The translations under genes and the position numbers were made by a program. DNA of 64,000 nt from an uncultured Acidimicrobiia bacterium (GTDB lineage: Bacteria; Acidobacteriota; Vicinamibacteria; Vicinamibacterales; SCN-69-37), in contig CBINOO010000001.1 in assembly GCA_966252305.1 (NCBI GenBank), positions 203,289 to 267,288 on the forward strand, given 5' to 3'. The notes beneath the pieces were generated by a model. It was not told the origin of the DNA and did not search any database. It saw only the letters and a list, made by a program, of their open reading frames with translations. This document shows, one piece after another, positions 10,143 through 17,482 of this stretch. Each line of letters starts with the position of its first letter. Within the stretch, counting starts at the first letter, position 1.

Positions 10143-10209
10143 CTCACCACCTCGTCATCTCGCCATCTCGTCATCTCGCCATCTCGCCATCTCGCCATCT
10201 CGCCATCTA
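10140..10209. repeat. tandem 8-nt repeat (plus strand CATCTCGC; coding strand GCGAGATG), 8 units plus a partial
   Basis: Read directly. Units start at 10140, 10148, ... 10204. Four perfect copies lie at 10172-10203; variants are CATCTCAC, CACCTCGT, CATCTCGT. The array includes the ATG of the M28 gene (10140-10142) and the TAG of the M49 gene (10207-10209). Confidence 0.9.
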
Positions 10210-12093
10210 ATCGCGGGCCCACCCCAGCATCTGTCGCTCAAGACTGAGCGGGTAGCTGATGGTCACGTCCGTGATCGCGCCTGAGGCGTCTCGCACAGGC
10301 GTCAGTTCCGGCTGCACGAATCCCGTATAGGACGGGAGGTTGAGCTTCTCGACACGCGACACGATTTCATCGCGCAGCGACGCTTCGAAATGCGTGCCAT
10401 ACGTTTCAAACAGAGCTTTGGCGGCCGCGTAGTCACCCGTCGACTTGATGCGCTGGACTTCGGCGAGCATGCGGCCGACACCCTCGTGAAAGGCGTTTAC
10501 GTCAACAACGACATAGTAGGTCTTGAGATCGCGCTTGCGAATTTCGATGGCGGACGTGTTGGCCATCAGCCAGTGCACAATCGCCTGCCGATTGCGCATG
10601 TGGTCCTCTTCGATCGTGGTCCCCTCGCGGATCCGGCGCAGCTGCACGAGTGCGTTTCGCGCGTAGGCTTCGTACTCGGCCCGCACGATGTCCGCCTGAT
10701 GCGCCGCGGGCAGCATTCCCAACTCGGCAATGCGAGGCTCGCCGACAAAGTACAGCGCCACCAGATCCGCGCGCGTCTCTTCGAGCGAGGCGTACTGCTC
10801 CTTGATGGCCAGTTCCGGCCTGCCGTTCAGGTGCGGCTCCACCACGCCGGATCCATGACCCAGAACTTCATGAATCGCCGTCGTCACCTCGCTCGCGAGT
10901 GATGCCCAGAGTTCCGCGCGCGTCACTTCGTCTTCGTCCCAGCAGAACTCCCGGCGATAGGAGGGCGGCAGCGATTTGTCGTAGGCCTCATTGACGTTGG
11001 CCAGCGAGACGGACTTCGAACCATGACGCTCACGAATCAGCTGGTCATTCGGGAGGTTGATCCCGATTGGAGTGACGGGTCCGGAGTCGCCGGTCTCCAT
11101 CACCACGTCAATCGCGCGGGCGGTCACGCCCACGACATTGGCGCGGCGCCACCGCGCCTCCCAGGGCATCCGGTCCTCGAACCACTGGGCCGATTGGGCA
11201 AGGCGATGAATGCCCTCGGTCTTCGCAGGGTTCACGTAGAACACGAGAGCCTCCCACGCGCCTTTCACGCCGCGGGCATCCATGTAGTTCTCGATGAAAC
11301 CGTTGATGGTGTCGACGGGCGACTCCTTGTCTTCCACCCAGGCAATGTCGTACGCCACACGGTCGGCATCTTCCCCGGTGTGGTAGAAGCGAATCAGCGC
11401 CTCGAGGGCCGCGCGCATCGCCGGTGTCGCGTAGGGCAGCGCATCCGTCAGGTGACCAACGATCCGCGTGATGGCGTCGCCGTACAGGCCACCCTCACGC
11501 GCCACCTCCTCCACCAGTCCCGTCTCGGTCTTCACCAGACGCGAGTTCAGCCCGTAGCGCTCGTCAAAGCCGTCAAGGTCCGGCATCGAGACACCGCTGT
11601 ACAGGTTGTTGGCGCTCTCGCGGAGGATGTCCTTGCCGGCCCCTGGCGTCTTGTTGGTGACCAGGGGCTCGGACGCCGCGTCAAAAAATGCCGCGTGGAG
11701 GTGCGCCGGCACGACGGTCCCTGCCGCCTGAGCCGCGGCTGCAAAGGCGTCTGGCGAACACTTCAACACGAACTTGCGAGCCGTGAGGTTGTTGTACGGT
11801 CCCGTGTTGATCCAGAACAGCTTCGTGTAGCGCCGAATCTCCTCCAGCACCGTCGCGTCAAACCCAGACGCGTCGGCGCCGGCAGCGCGGATGATGGTCT
11901 CGAGAAGGCGCCGCATCTCGAGGTTGTGGCGATAACGTTGATCCCAGTAGATGTCGCGGCCAGCCAGGGCCGCCTGTGAGAGATGCCACACGAGGATCTT
12001 GTCGTTGAGGGCAAGGCCGGCGAATCCGTCGGCATACAGCTGCACGACGGCTGCGTCATCAATCTGTTCAAGCAGGTATTGACGTTCCATCAC
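10207..12093 (-). CDS. peptidase family M49 (dipeptidyl-peptidase III-like)
   Basis: HEVLGHGSG (the HExxGH motif of M49) followed by LEETRADLVALYF (second zinc-ligand motif EExxAD-like). GTG start at 12091-12093. No signal peptide. Confidence 0.8.
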   Translation of the reverse strand: MMERQYLLEQIDDAAVVQLYADGFAGLALNDKILVWHLSQAALAGRDIYWDQRYRHNLEMRRLLETIIRAAGADASGFDATVLEEIRRYTKLFWINTGPYNNLTARKFVLKCSPDAFAAAAQAAGTVVPAHLHAAFFDAASEPLVTNKTPGAGKDILRESANNLYSGVSMPDLDGFDERYGLNSRLVKTETGLVEEVAREGGLYGDAITRIVGHLTDALPYATPAMRAALEALIRFYHTGEDADRVAYDIAWVEDKESPVDTINGFIENYMDARGVKGAWEALVFYVNPAKTEGIHRLAQSAQWFEDRMPWEARWRRANVVGVTARAIDVVMETGDSGPVTPIGINLPNDQLIRERHGSKSVSLANVNEAYDKSLPPSYRREFCWDEDEVTRAELWASLASEVTTAIHEVLGHGSGVVEPHLNGRPELAIKEQYASLEETRADLVALYFVGEPRIAELGMLPAAHQADIVRAEYEAYARNALVQLRRIREGTTIEEDHMRNRQAIVHWLMANTSAIEIRKRDLKTYYVVVDVNAFHEGVGRMLAEVQRIKSTGDYAAAKALFETYGTHFEASLRDEIVSRVEKLNLPSYTGFVQPELTPVRDASGAITDVTISYPLSLERQMLGWARD

Positions 12094-12094
12094 C

Positions 12095-13453
12095 TCATCC
12101 GATCGTAATCGTCTCGCGGTGAGACGGTGTGATCACGTGCCACCCCAGCTGTTGTTCGACGGTGGCTTTCAGGGCGTCCATCGGCCCCGGCTCGCCGTGA
12201 ACCAGGCACAACGTTGAGGGCGCGGTCTTGAAACTTCTCAGCCACCGCAGAATCTCGTTGCGATCGGCGTGGGCGGAGATCGAATCGATGGATTCGATTT
12301 GTGCCTGCACGGGCACCTCTTCGCCGTGGATGCGCGTGAGGCGCGCGCCCTCTTTCAGCTGCCGGCCGCGTGTGCCCACGGCCTGGTACCCCGCAAACAG
12401 CACTGTATTGCGTGGATCAGGCAGCGCGCGGCGGAGGTGATGCAGCACACGTCCCCCGGTCGCCATGCCGCTTGACGAAATCACGATGGACGGCCGCACG
12501 TCCTCCTGCACGGCTCTCGACTCCGCAATCGTCGAAATGACCCGCAGTCGCGCAGTCATGAAGTTCCGAAGGCCCTCATCGAGCTCGTGCATCCGGTCAC
12601 GGTATTCGGCCAGCACTTCGACAGCCATGGGACTGTCGACGTAGACCGGCAGCTCCGGAATGGCCTTCCGTTCCTCCAGGCGCCGCACCCAGTACAGCAA
12701 TTCCTCGACGCGCCCCAGCGCAAACGCCGGGATGATGACCTTCCCTTTGCGCTCGGCGGTCGTCGTGATGATCCGCCCGAGACGTTCACCGTCATCGTCC
12801 GGCTCATGCTCGCGGTCGCCGTAGGTGGACTCGACCAGCACGACATCGGCGTCCGGCGGCGTCGATGGATCCGGCAGCACCGGGCGGCTGTACCGACCAA
12901 GATCGCCGCCAAAAAGAATCGTCTTGCCTTCGTCCTCAACGTGAATCCGCGCGTACGCGGAACCCAGCAGATGCCCCGCGTTGATGAACTCGAGTTCGAC
13001 GCCGGGCGCAATGGGAATCGGCCGGTCGTAGCCAACAGGCTGCAGCTGCAGAATGGCTTTTGCCGCATCGTCTTCGGTGAACAGCGCGAGTGCCGGCCGA
13101 TGGCGGGTATACCCCTTTCGGTTGGCGCGTTCGGCGTCCTCTTCCTGCAGCCGGGCCGCGTCCTCGAGCACGATGCGCGCCAGTTCCTGTGTGCCGCCCG
13201 TACAGAACACGCGCCCGCTGAAGCCCTGGGCCACCAGGCGCGGAAGCAGGCCGCAGTGATCCAGGTGCGCGTGTGTCAGGACGACCGCGTCAATCGACGA
13301 CGGGGGGACGGAAAAGGGCTCCCAGTTGCGTTCGCGAAGTGACTTGAGGCCCTGAAACATGCCGCAGTCCACGAGGATGCGGATGTGGCCAACCTGGAGG
13401 AGGTACTTCGACCCGGTCACGGTGCGCGCGGCACCGAGAAACGTCAACGTCAT
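12095..13453 (-). CDS. MBL-fold metallo-hydrolase of the beta-CASP (RNA-metabolising) family
   Basis: MTLTFLGAARTVTGSKYLL, VLTHAHLDHCG (HxHxDH), ESTYGDREH and SAHADRNEILRWL (beta-CASP motif C region). Its stop lies 1 nt before the M49 start. Confidence 0.85.
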   Translation of the reverse strand: MTLTFLGAARTVTGSKYLLQVGHIRILVDCGMFQGLKSLRERNWEPFSVPPSSIDAVVLTHAHLDHCGLLPRLVAQGFSGRVFCTGGTQELARIVLEDAARLQEEDAERANRKGYTRHRPALALFTEDDAAKAILQLQPVGYDRPIPIAPGVELEFINAGHLLGSAYARIHVEDEGKTILFGGDLGRYSRPVLPDPSTPPDADVVLVESTYGDREHEPDDDGERLGRIITTTAERKGKVIIPAFALGRVEELLYWVRRLEERKAIPELPVYVDSPMAVEVLAEYRDRMHELDEGLRNFMTARLRVISTIAESRAVQEDVRPSIVISSSGMATGGRVLHHLRRALPDPRNTVLFAGYQAVGTRGRQLKEGARLTRIHGEEVPVQAQIESIDSISAHADRNEILRWLRSFKTAPSTLCLVHGEPGPMDALKATVEQQLGWHVITPSHRETITIG

Positions 13454-14427
13454 GCAAAAAGTCCCGGCTGACCGCCCGTGTGCCAGAACAGCACGCGGTC
13501 ATCAGCGTTGAAATGTCCTGAACGGACCATGTGAATGAGGCCGGCCATGGCCTTTGCCGTGTAGACCGGATCGAGCACGATGCCTTCTGTCCTGGCGGTG
13601 AGTTCGAGCGCTTCCTGCGACGCCGCCGTCGGGACGCCATAACCATCCCCCACCCACTCGTCGTGCACCACGATGTCGCGATCGAGACCAATCGCCGAGT
13701 GCGACGTACCAAGCTGGTCAGCCATGTCGGTGAGGAGTCGACGGACGGTCCCTGTCAGTTGCGCCCGTGGATCATCAGCGCTCACGCCGATGACGCGCGC
13801 CTTGAGTCCGAACAGCGCCGTTCCGGCGATCAGCCCCGCCTGGGTGCCGCCAGACGACGTGGAGTGGACGATGACTGTTGGTGAGACACCGGTGGCGACC
13901 ACCTCTTCCACGCCGCGTGCCAGACCCGCGGCGCCGGTCGCCGTGGAGGCGCCAAGGGGAACGATGAATGGCCGGCCCCCGTCGCGGCGGATCTGATCGG
14001 CAGCCGCCTGCATCGCCGGTGTGCGATCGTCGCGCGCGGCCACGTGCCGGATGTCGGCGCCGAACAAGTTGTCCAGCAGGGCGTTGCCGGTTGGCCTGGC
14101 CTGCGCTGCACCGTTGACGATCAGCACGACCTTCAGTCCCAGCGCTGCGCCGGCGGCCGCGGTCACACGGCAGTGATTGGACTGCACGCCTCCGCACGTG
14201 ATGACCGTATCGGCCCCGTCCTTGTGCGCCTGCGCCAGGACCGTCTGGAGTTTTCTGACCTTGTTGCCGCCCATGGCAAAGGCCAGCAGGTCGTCACGCT
14301 TCATGAACAGCGCGGGCGCGCCAGGCCCGAGGGCTGTGCGCAGCCGCTCAAGGGGATCGATGGGGGTCGAGTGGCGCGCAAGCGTCACGGTTGGCAACGC
14401 CCGGAGCGTTGCCAGTGCAGTGGCCAT
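13450..14427 (-). CDS. PLP-dependent enzyme of the ACC deaminase / D-cysteine desulfhydrase family
   Basis: ORF 13450..14535 trimmed to ATG 14425-14427 (MATALATLRALP...). KRDDLLAFAMGGNKVRKL carries the PLP-lysine context. The stop overlaps the next start as ATGA (13450-13453). Confidence 0.8.
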   Translation of the reverse strand: MATALATLRALPTVTLARHSTPIDPLERLRTALGPGAPALFMKRDDLLAFAMGGNKVRKLQTVLAQAHKDGADTVITCGGVQSNHCRVTAAAGAALGLKVVLIVNGAAQARPTGNALLDNLFGADIRHVAARDDRTPAMQAAADQIRRDGGRPFIVPLGASTATGAAGLARGVEEVVATGVSPTVIVHSTSSGGTQAGLIAGTALFGLKARVIGVSADDPRAQLTGTVRRLLTDMADQLGTSHSAIGLDRDIVVHDEWVGDGYGVPTAASQEALELTARTEGIVLDPVYTAKAMAGLIHMVRSGHFNADDRVLFWHTGGQPGLFA

Positions 14428-14465
14428 TGTTGCGAGTTTATACTCGACGGGCACGTCGTCTCGAC

Positions 14466-15311
14466 ATGACCAATCCACTCCTGCAGGCCCTTCAGAGCGA
14501 ACGCGACGTCTTGTCAGTCGAGCTCCGTCCCCCACGGGCCGAGCTCAACGCCCCCGCCGGCATGGACGCCTGGATTGATACCTACCACGCCGTCCGTGGG
14601 CTGGTGCGGCAGGGGTTGTTCGTGTATCTCACCGACAGCGCGGTGGGGTTGCGCGAAGAAAACAACCTTCGGCACCTGATCAACAACCTCGGTACGGATG
14701 TGCGGCGCGACCACGTCATCCCGTTTCTCACCACCAAGCACACGCGGGAATACTGCCTGTCGTACGCCGAACGGGCCCTGCACGCGGGCTTCCCCACGCT
14801 GGTCGTGCTCGGCGGTGACAAATCGGTTGGACCCCCACGCTGCGTGGCACACGCCTGGCAACTGCGGGAAGACATTCGCCGCCATGTACCCGATCTCGCG
14901 CTGGGCGGGTGGGCCAACCCACATCAGGACGCCGAGACTCAGGTGGGATATCTCGCCGATCCGCGATTTTCCGGGGAGTTGTACCTGACCCAGATCGTGT
15001 CGCATCACGATCTGCCCCGCGTCGAGGCATTCCTCGATCATGTGGGACGCGCGGGCGTCGCCCAGCCGGGTATTTTCGGCGTCTTCTACTACAGAAGCGC
15101 GAATCCCAACACGCTGGCAACGCTGTCGCAGTTCCTGTCGGTGCCGGTCGAAGGACTCACGCGGGAGTTTGGCGCGGGGGATTCAGCGGAGGCGATCTGC
15201 GCGCGGTCAATTCGTGAACTCCGGCGCGCCGGCGTCCGACACATCTACCTGTCGAACCTCCCGATTCGCGGAACGTCGCGCGTATTGCAGCGCATCCTCG
15301 ATCAGGTCTGA
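14466..15311 (+). CDS. methylenetetrahydrofolate reductase (MetF)-like protein
   Basis: ORF 14391..15311 trimmed to ATG 14466 (MTNPLLQAL...). LSVELRPPRAE and the overall TIM-barrel-like pattern resemble the MTHFR family. This is a weaker call made by eye. Confidence 0.55.
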   Translation: MTNPLLQALQSERDVLSVELRPPRAELNAPAGMDAWIDTYHAVRGLVRQGLFVYLTDSAVGLREENNLRHLINNLGTDVRRDHVIPFLTTKHTREYCLSYAERALHAGFPTLVVLGGDKSVGPPRCVAHAWQLREDIRRHVPDLALGGWANPHQDAETQVGYLADPRFSGELYLTQIVSHHDLPRVEAFLDHVGRAGVAQPGIFGVFYYRSANPNTLATLSQFLSVPVEGLTREFGAGDSAEAICARSIRELRRAGVRHIYLSNLPIRGTSRVLQRILDQV

Positions 15312-15925
15312 GGCGCCACCCACCGGGCGCCCCACGCGCCGTCAAACACCGAGTCGGCGATCGGACGTCGCGCCCGAGGAGCCGTCTCCAGCTCGCGGTG
15401 TCTCTCGAGTTCGAGCGATTCGGGGAGACCGGGATAACCGATGGCCATCATGACGGCGATCTCGTGTGACGCCGGAATGCCAAGGACTGCGGTCGCAGTC
15501 GGGCGATCGAACCCTTCCATCTGGCGAACGCCGAGCCCGAGGGCCTGCGCCTGCATCGTCAGCAGGCCAATGGCATGGCCGGTGTCGTAGTACGCATGGC
15601 GGTTGGCCATCGCGGGGTCCTCGCCGACGTACAACTTCACGATGACGGCAACGAGTAACGGGGCGGCGGGCGCCCACGCCTGATTGGCGCGGGTCAACGC
15701 CTGGACGATGCGCGCGTGCGTTTCCGCATGACGTTCCCGATCGACCACCACGAACCGCCAGGGCTGTTCGTTGCGTGACGAAGGCGCCCACCGCGCGGCT
15801 TCAAAGAGCCGGGCCAGCTCGGGCGCGCCGACGTGACGCGTGGCGTCGAACGCACGAGGACTCCACCGCTCACGGATGAGCGGATGCACGTCGTGGTCGG
15901 CCTGGGCGTGTTTCGGGTGGGTCAT
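15302..15925 (-). CDS. nitroreductase family protein
   Basis: ORF 15302..16018 trimmed to ATG 15923-15925 (MTHPKHAQADHDVHPLIRERWSPRAFD), a typical nitroreductase N-terminus. Convergent 10-nt overlap with the MTHFR-like gene. Confidence 0.75.
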   Translation of the reverse strand: MTHPKHAQADHDVHPLIRERWSPRAFDATRHVGAPELARLFEAARWAPSSRNEQPWRFVVVDRERHAETHARIVQALTRANQAWAPAAPLLVAVIVKLYVGEDPAMANRHAYYDTGHAIGLLTMQAQALGLGVRQMEGFDRPTATAVLGIPASHEIAVMMAIGYPGLPESLELERHRELETAPRARRPIADSVFDGAWGARWVAPQT

Positions 15926-15953
15926 TGGCGCGTCAGCCGCTATCATCTCTCGA

Positions 15954-17135
15954 ATGGCCACGTTTCTCGACTCCGTTCCCTTCTCAGGCATCATCCGGAT
16001 TCGCGACCTGATGTACACGGTCGATCGCCCGTTCCGGCTCGATCAGGGCGACGTGAGCTTTGATGCTCCGGACTCGGTGAAGGATGCGCTGCGCAAGGCC
16101 ATCAGCGAGAACCGCACGCACTACGTGCAGACGACAGGCATTCCGCGGCTGCTCGAGCTGCTGGTCGAGAAGATGCAGACCAGGAACGGGCTGCCGATCG
16201 GCGGACCTGACGAGGTCATGGTCACCAACGGCGGCATCCACGCCCAATACATTGCCTGCCTGGCCCTGCTCGAGCCCGGCGATGAAGTACTCGTGCCGGA
16301 TCCGGCGTGGCCCCCCACCGTGAGCAACATCCTTGCGGCACAGGCCGTGCCCGTCCCGTATCCGATGTACGAAGAGACCGGGTGGCGGCCCAACATCGAA
16401 GAAATCGCCGCGCGTATCACGCCGCGCACCAGGGCGATCGTCATCAACACGCCGTGCAACCCGACCGGCGGCGTCCTCACCAGTGCAGACCTTGCTGCCC
16501 TGGCGGAACTGGCGATCACCCGTGACCTGTGGGTCTTTTCCGACGAGGCCTACGAGGATTTTCTGTTTGATGGACGGACCCATCACAGCATCGCGGCCCT
16601 GCCCGGCATGTACGAACGCACGATTCCGCTGTACACACTGAGCAAGACCTACGCCATCACCGGACTGCGCCTCGGCTATCTCGCGATCAAGGACCCGAAG
16701 ATCCGGGAGCGCGCGCGCAAGGTCGTGTTCTGCTCCACGTCGAACGTCTGCTCTCTGGCCCAGTTCGGCGCCGTTGGCGCGTTGGAAGGCTCACAGGACG
16801 TCATCGAGGAATTTCGTCGGGAACTGGCAGCCCGACGCGACATCTTCTACGAGAAGCTGCCGGCGGCCTCGCACGGACTCCTGACCGGCGTGCGACCGCA
16901 GGGCGCGTTTTACGCCTTCGTGAAGGTCGATCCGAACTGGACGTCCCCCTTGCCCAATGCGCCGGAGTCCCTCTCGTGGGCGATGACGGAGTTCCTGATC
17001 AAACGCGCGCGCATCGGATCGGTGCCTGGGGTCGACTTCGGCGCCCGTGGCGAAGGGTATCTGCGGTTCTGCTTCGCGCGTGACCGCGCGGAAATCGACG
17101 GCGCGCTCGAGTCGATGAAGGAAGCGTTGGGCTGA
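15954..17135 (+). CDS. pyridoxal-phosphate-dependent aminotransferase, class I/II (aspartate aminotransferase-like)
   Basis: ORF 15840..17135 trimmed to ATG 15954 (MATFLDSVPFSGIIRIRD). NPCNPTGGV and YTLSKTYAITGLRLGY (PLP-Lys context) are present. Confidence 0.85.
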   Translation: MATFLDSVPFSGIIRIRDLMYTVDRPFRLDQGDVSFDAPDSVKDALRKAISENRTHYVQTTGIPRLLELLVEKMQTRNGLPIGGPDEVMVTNGGIHAQYIACLALLEPGDEVLVPDPAWPPTVSNILAAQAVPVPYPMYEETGWRPNIEEIAARITPRTRAIVINTPCNPTGGVLTSADLAALAELAITRDLWVFSDEAYEDFLFDGRTHHSIAALPGMYERTIPLYTLSKTYAITGLRLGYLAIKDPKIRERARKVVFCSTSNVCSLAQFGAVGALEGSQDVIEEFRRELAARRDIFYEKLPAASHGLLTGVRPQGAFYAFVKVDPNWTSPLPNAPESLSWAMTEFLIKRARIGSVPGVDFGARGEGYLRFCFARDRAEIDGALESMKEALG

Positions 17136-17138
17136 CGA

Positions 17139-17477
17139 TCAGAGCAGCGCCTTGGCGCGGGCGGCGGTCACCACATCGGCCAGCCGCCTGACCTCGAGCG
17201 TCACGACCTCTCGACCAAGGGATGTGATCTCGTAGAACCGTCGACGGGTGTCAGTCTCGTCCTCGAGATCACTCTCGCTGACCAGGCCCGCGGCCACCAG
17301 TCGTCCCAGCGTGCCATACAACGTCCCAGGCCCGAGTTTCACCTCGCCTCGGGTGCGCTCCGCCGCCTCCTTGGCGATGCCGTAGCCATGTCGAGGTCCA
17401 TCGACCAGCGTCAGCAGGATGTGCAGCACCGCCGACGTCAACGGCAGGAATGAAGCGGCTTCCGGACGACGAGCCAT
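17139..17477 (-). CDS. PadR family transcriptional regulator
   Basis: ORF trimmed to ATG 17475-17477, 5 nt after the TAA of the permease. HILLTLVDGPRHGYGIAKEAAERTRGEVKLGPGTLYGTLGRLVAAGLV is a typical PadR winged helix. Confidence 0.8.
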   Translation of the reverse strand: MARRPEAASFLPLTSAVLHILLTLVDGPRHGYGIAKEAAERTRGEVKLGPGTLYGTLGRLVAAGLVSESDLEDETDTRRRFYEITSLGREVVTLEVRRLADVVTAARAKALL

Positions 17478-17482
17478 GCGAG

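Noticed and set aside
8364-10247. 627-aa plus-strand ORF, whose C-terminus reads through the octamer repeat as SRHLVISPSRHLAISPS
   Set aside because: It is antisense to the M28 peptidase gene, which has clear catalytic motifs and a signal peptide. The plus-strand product is Arg/His/Gly-rich low complexity, typical of shadow ORFs in high-GC DNA.
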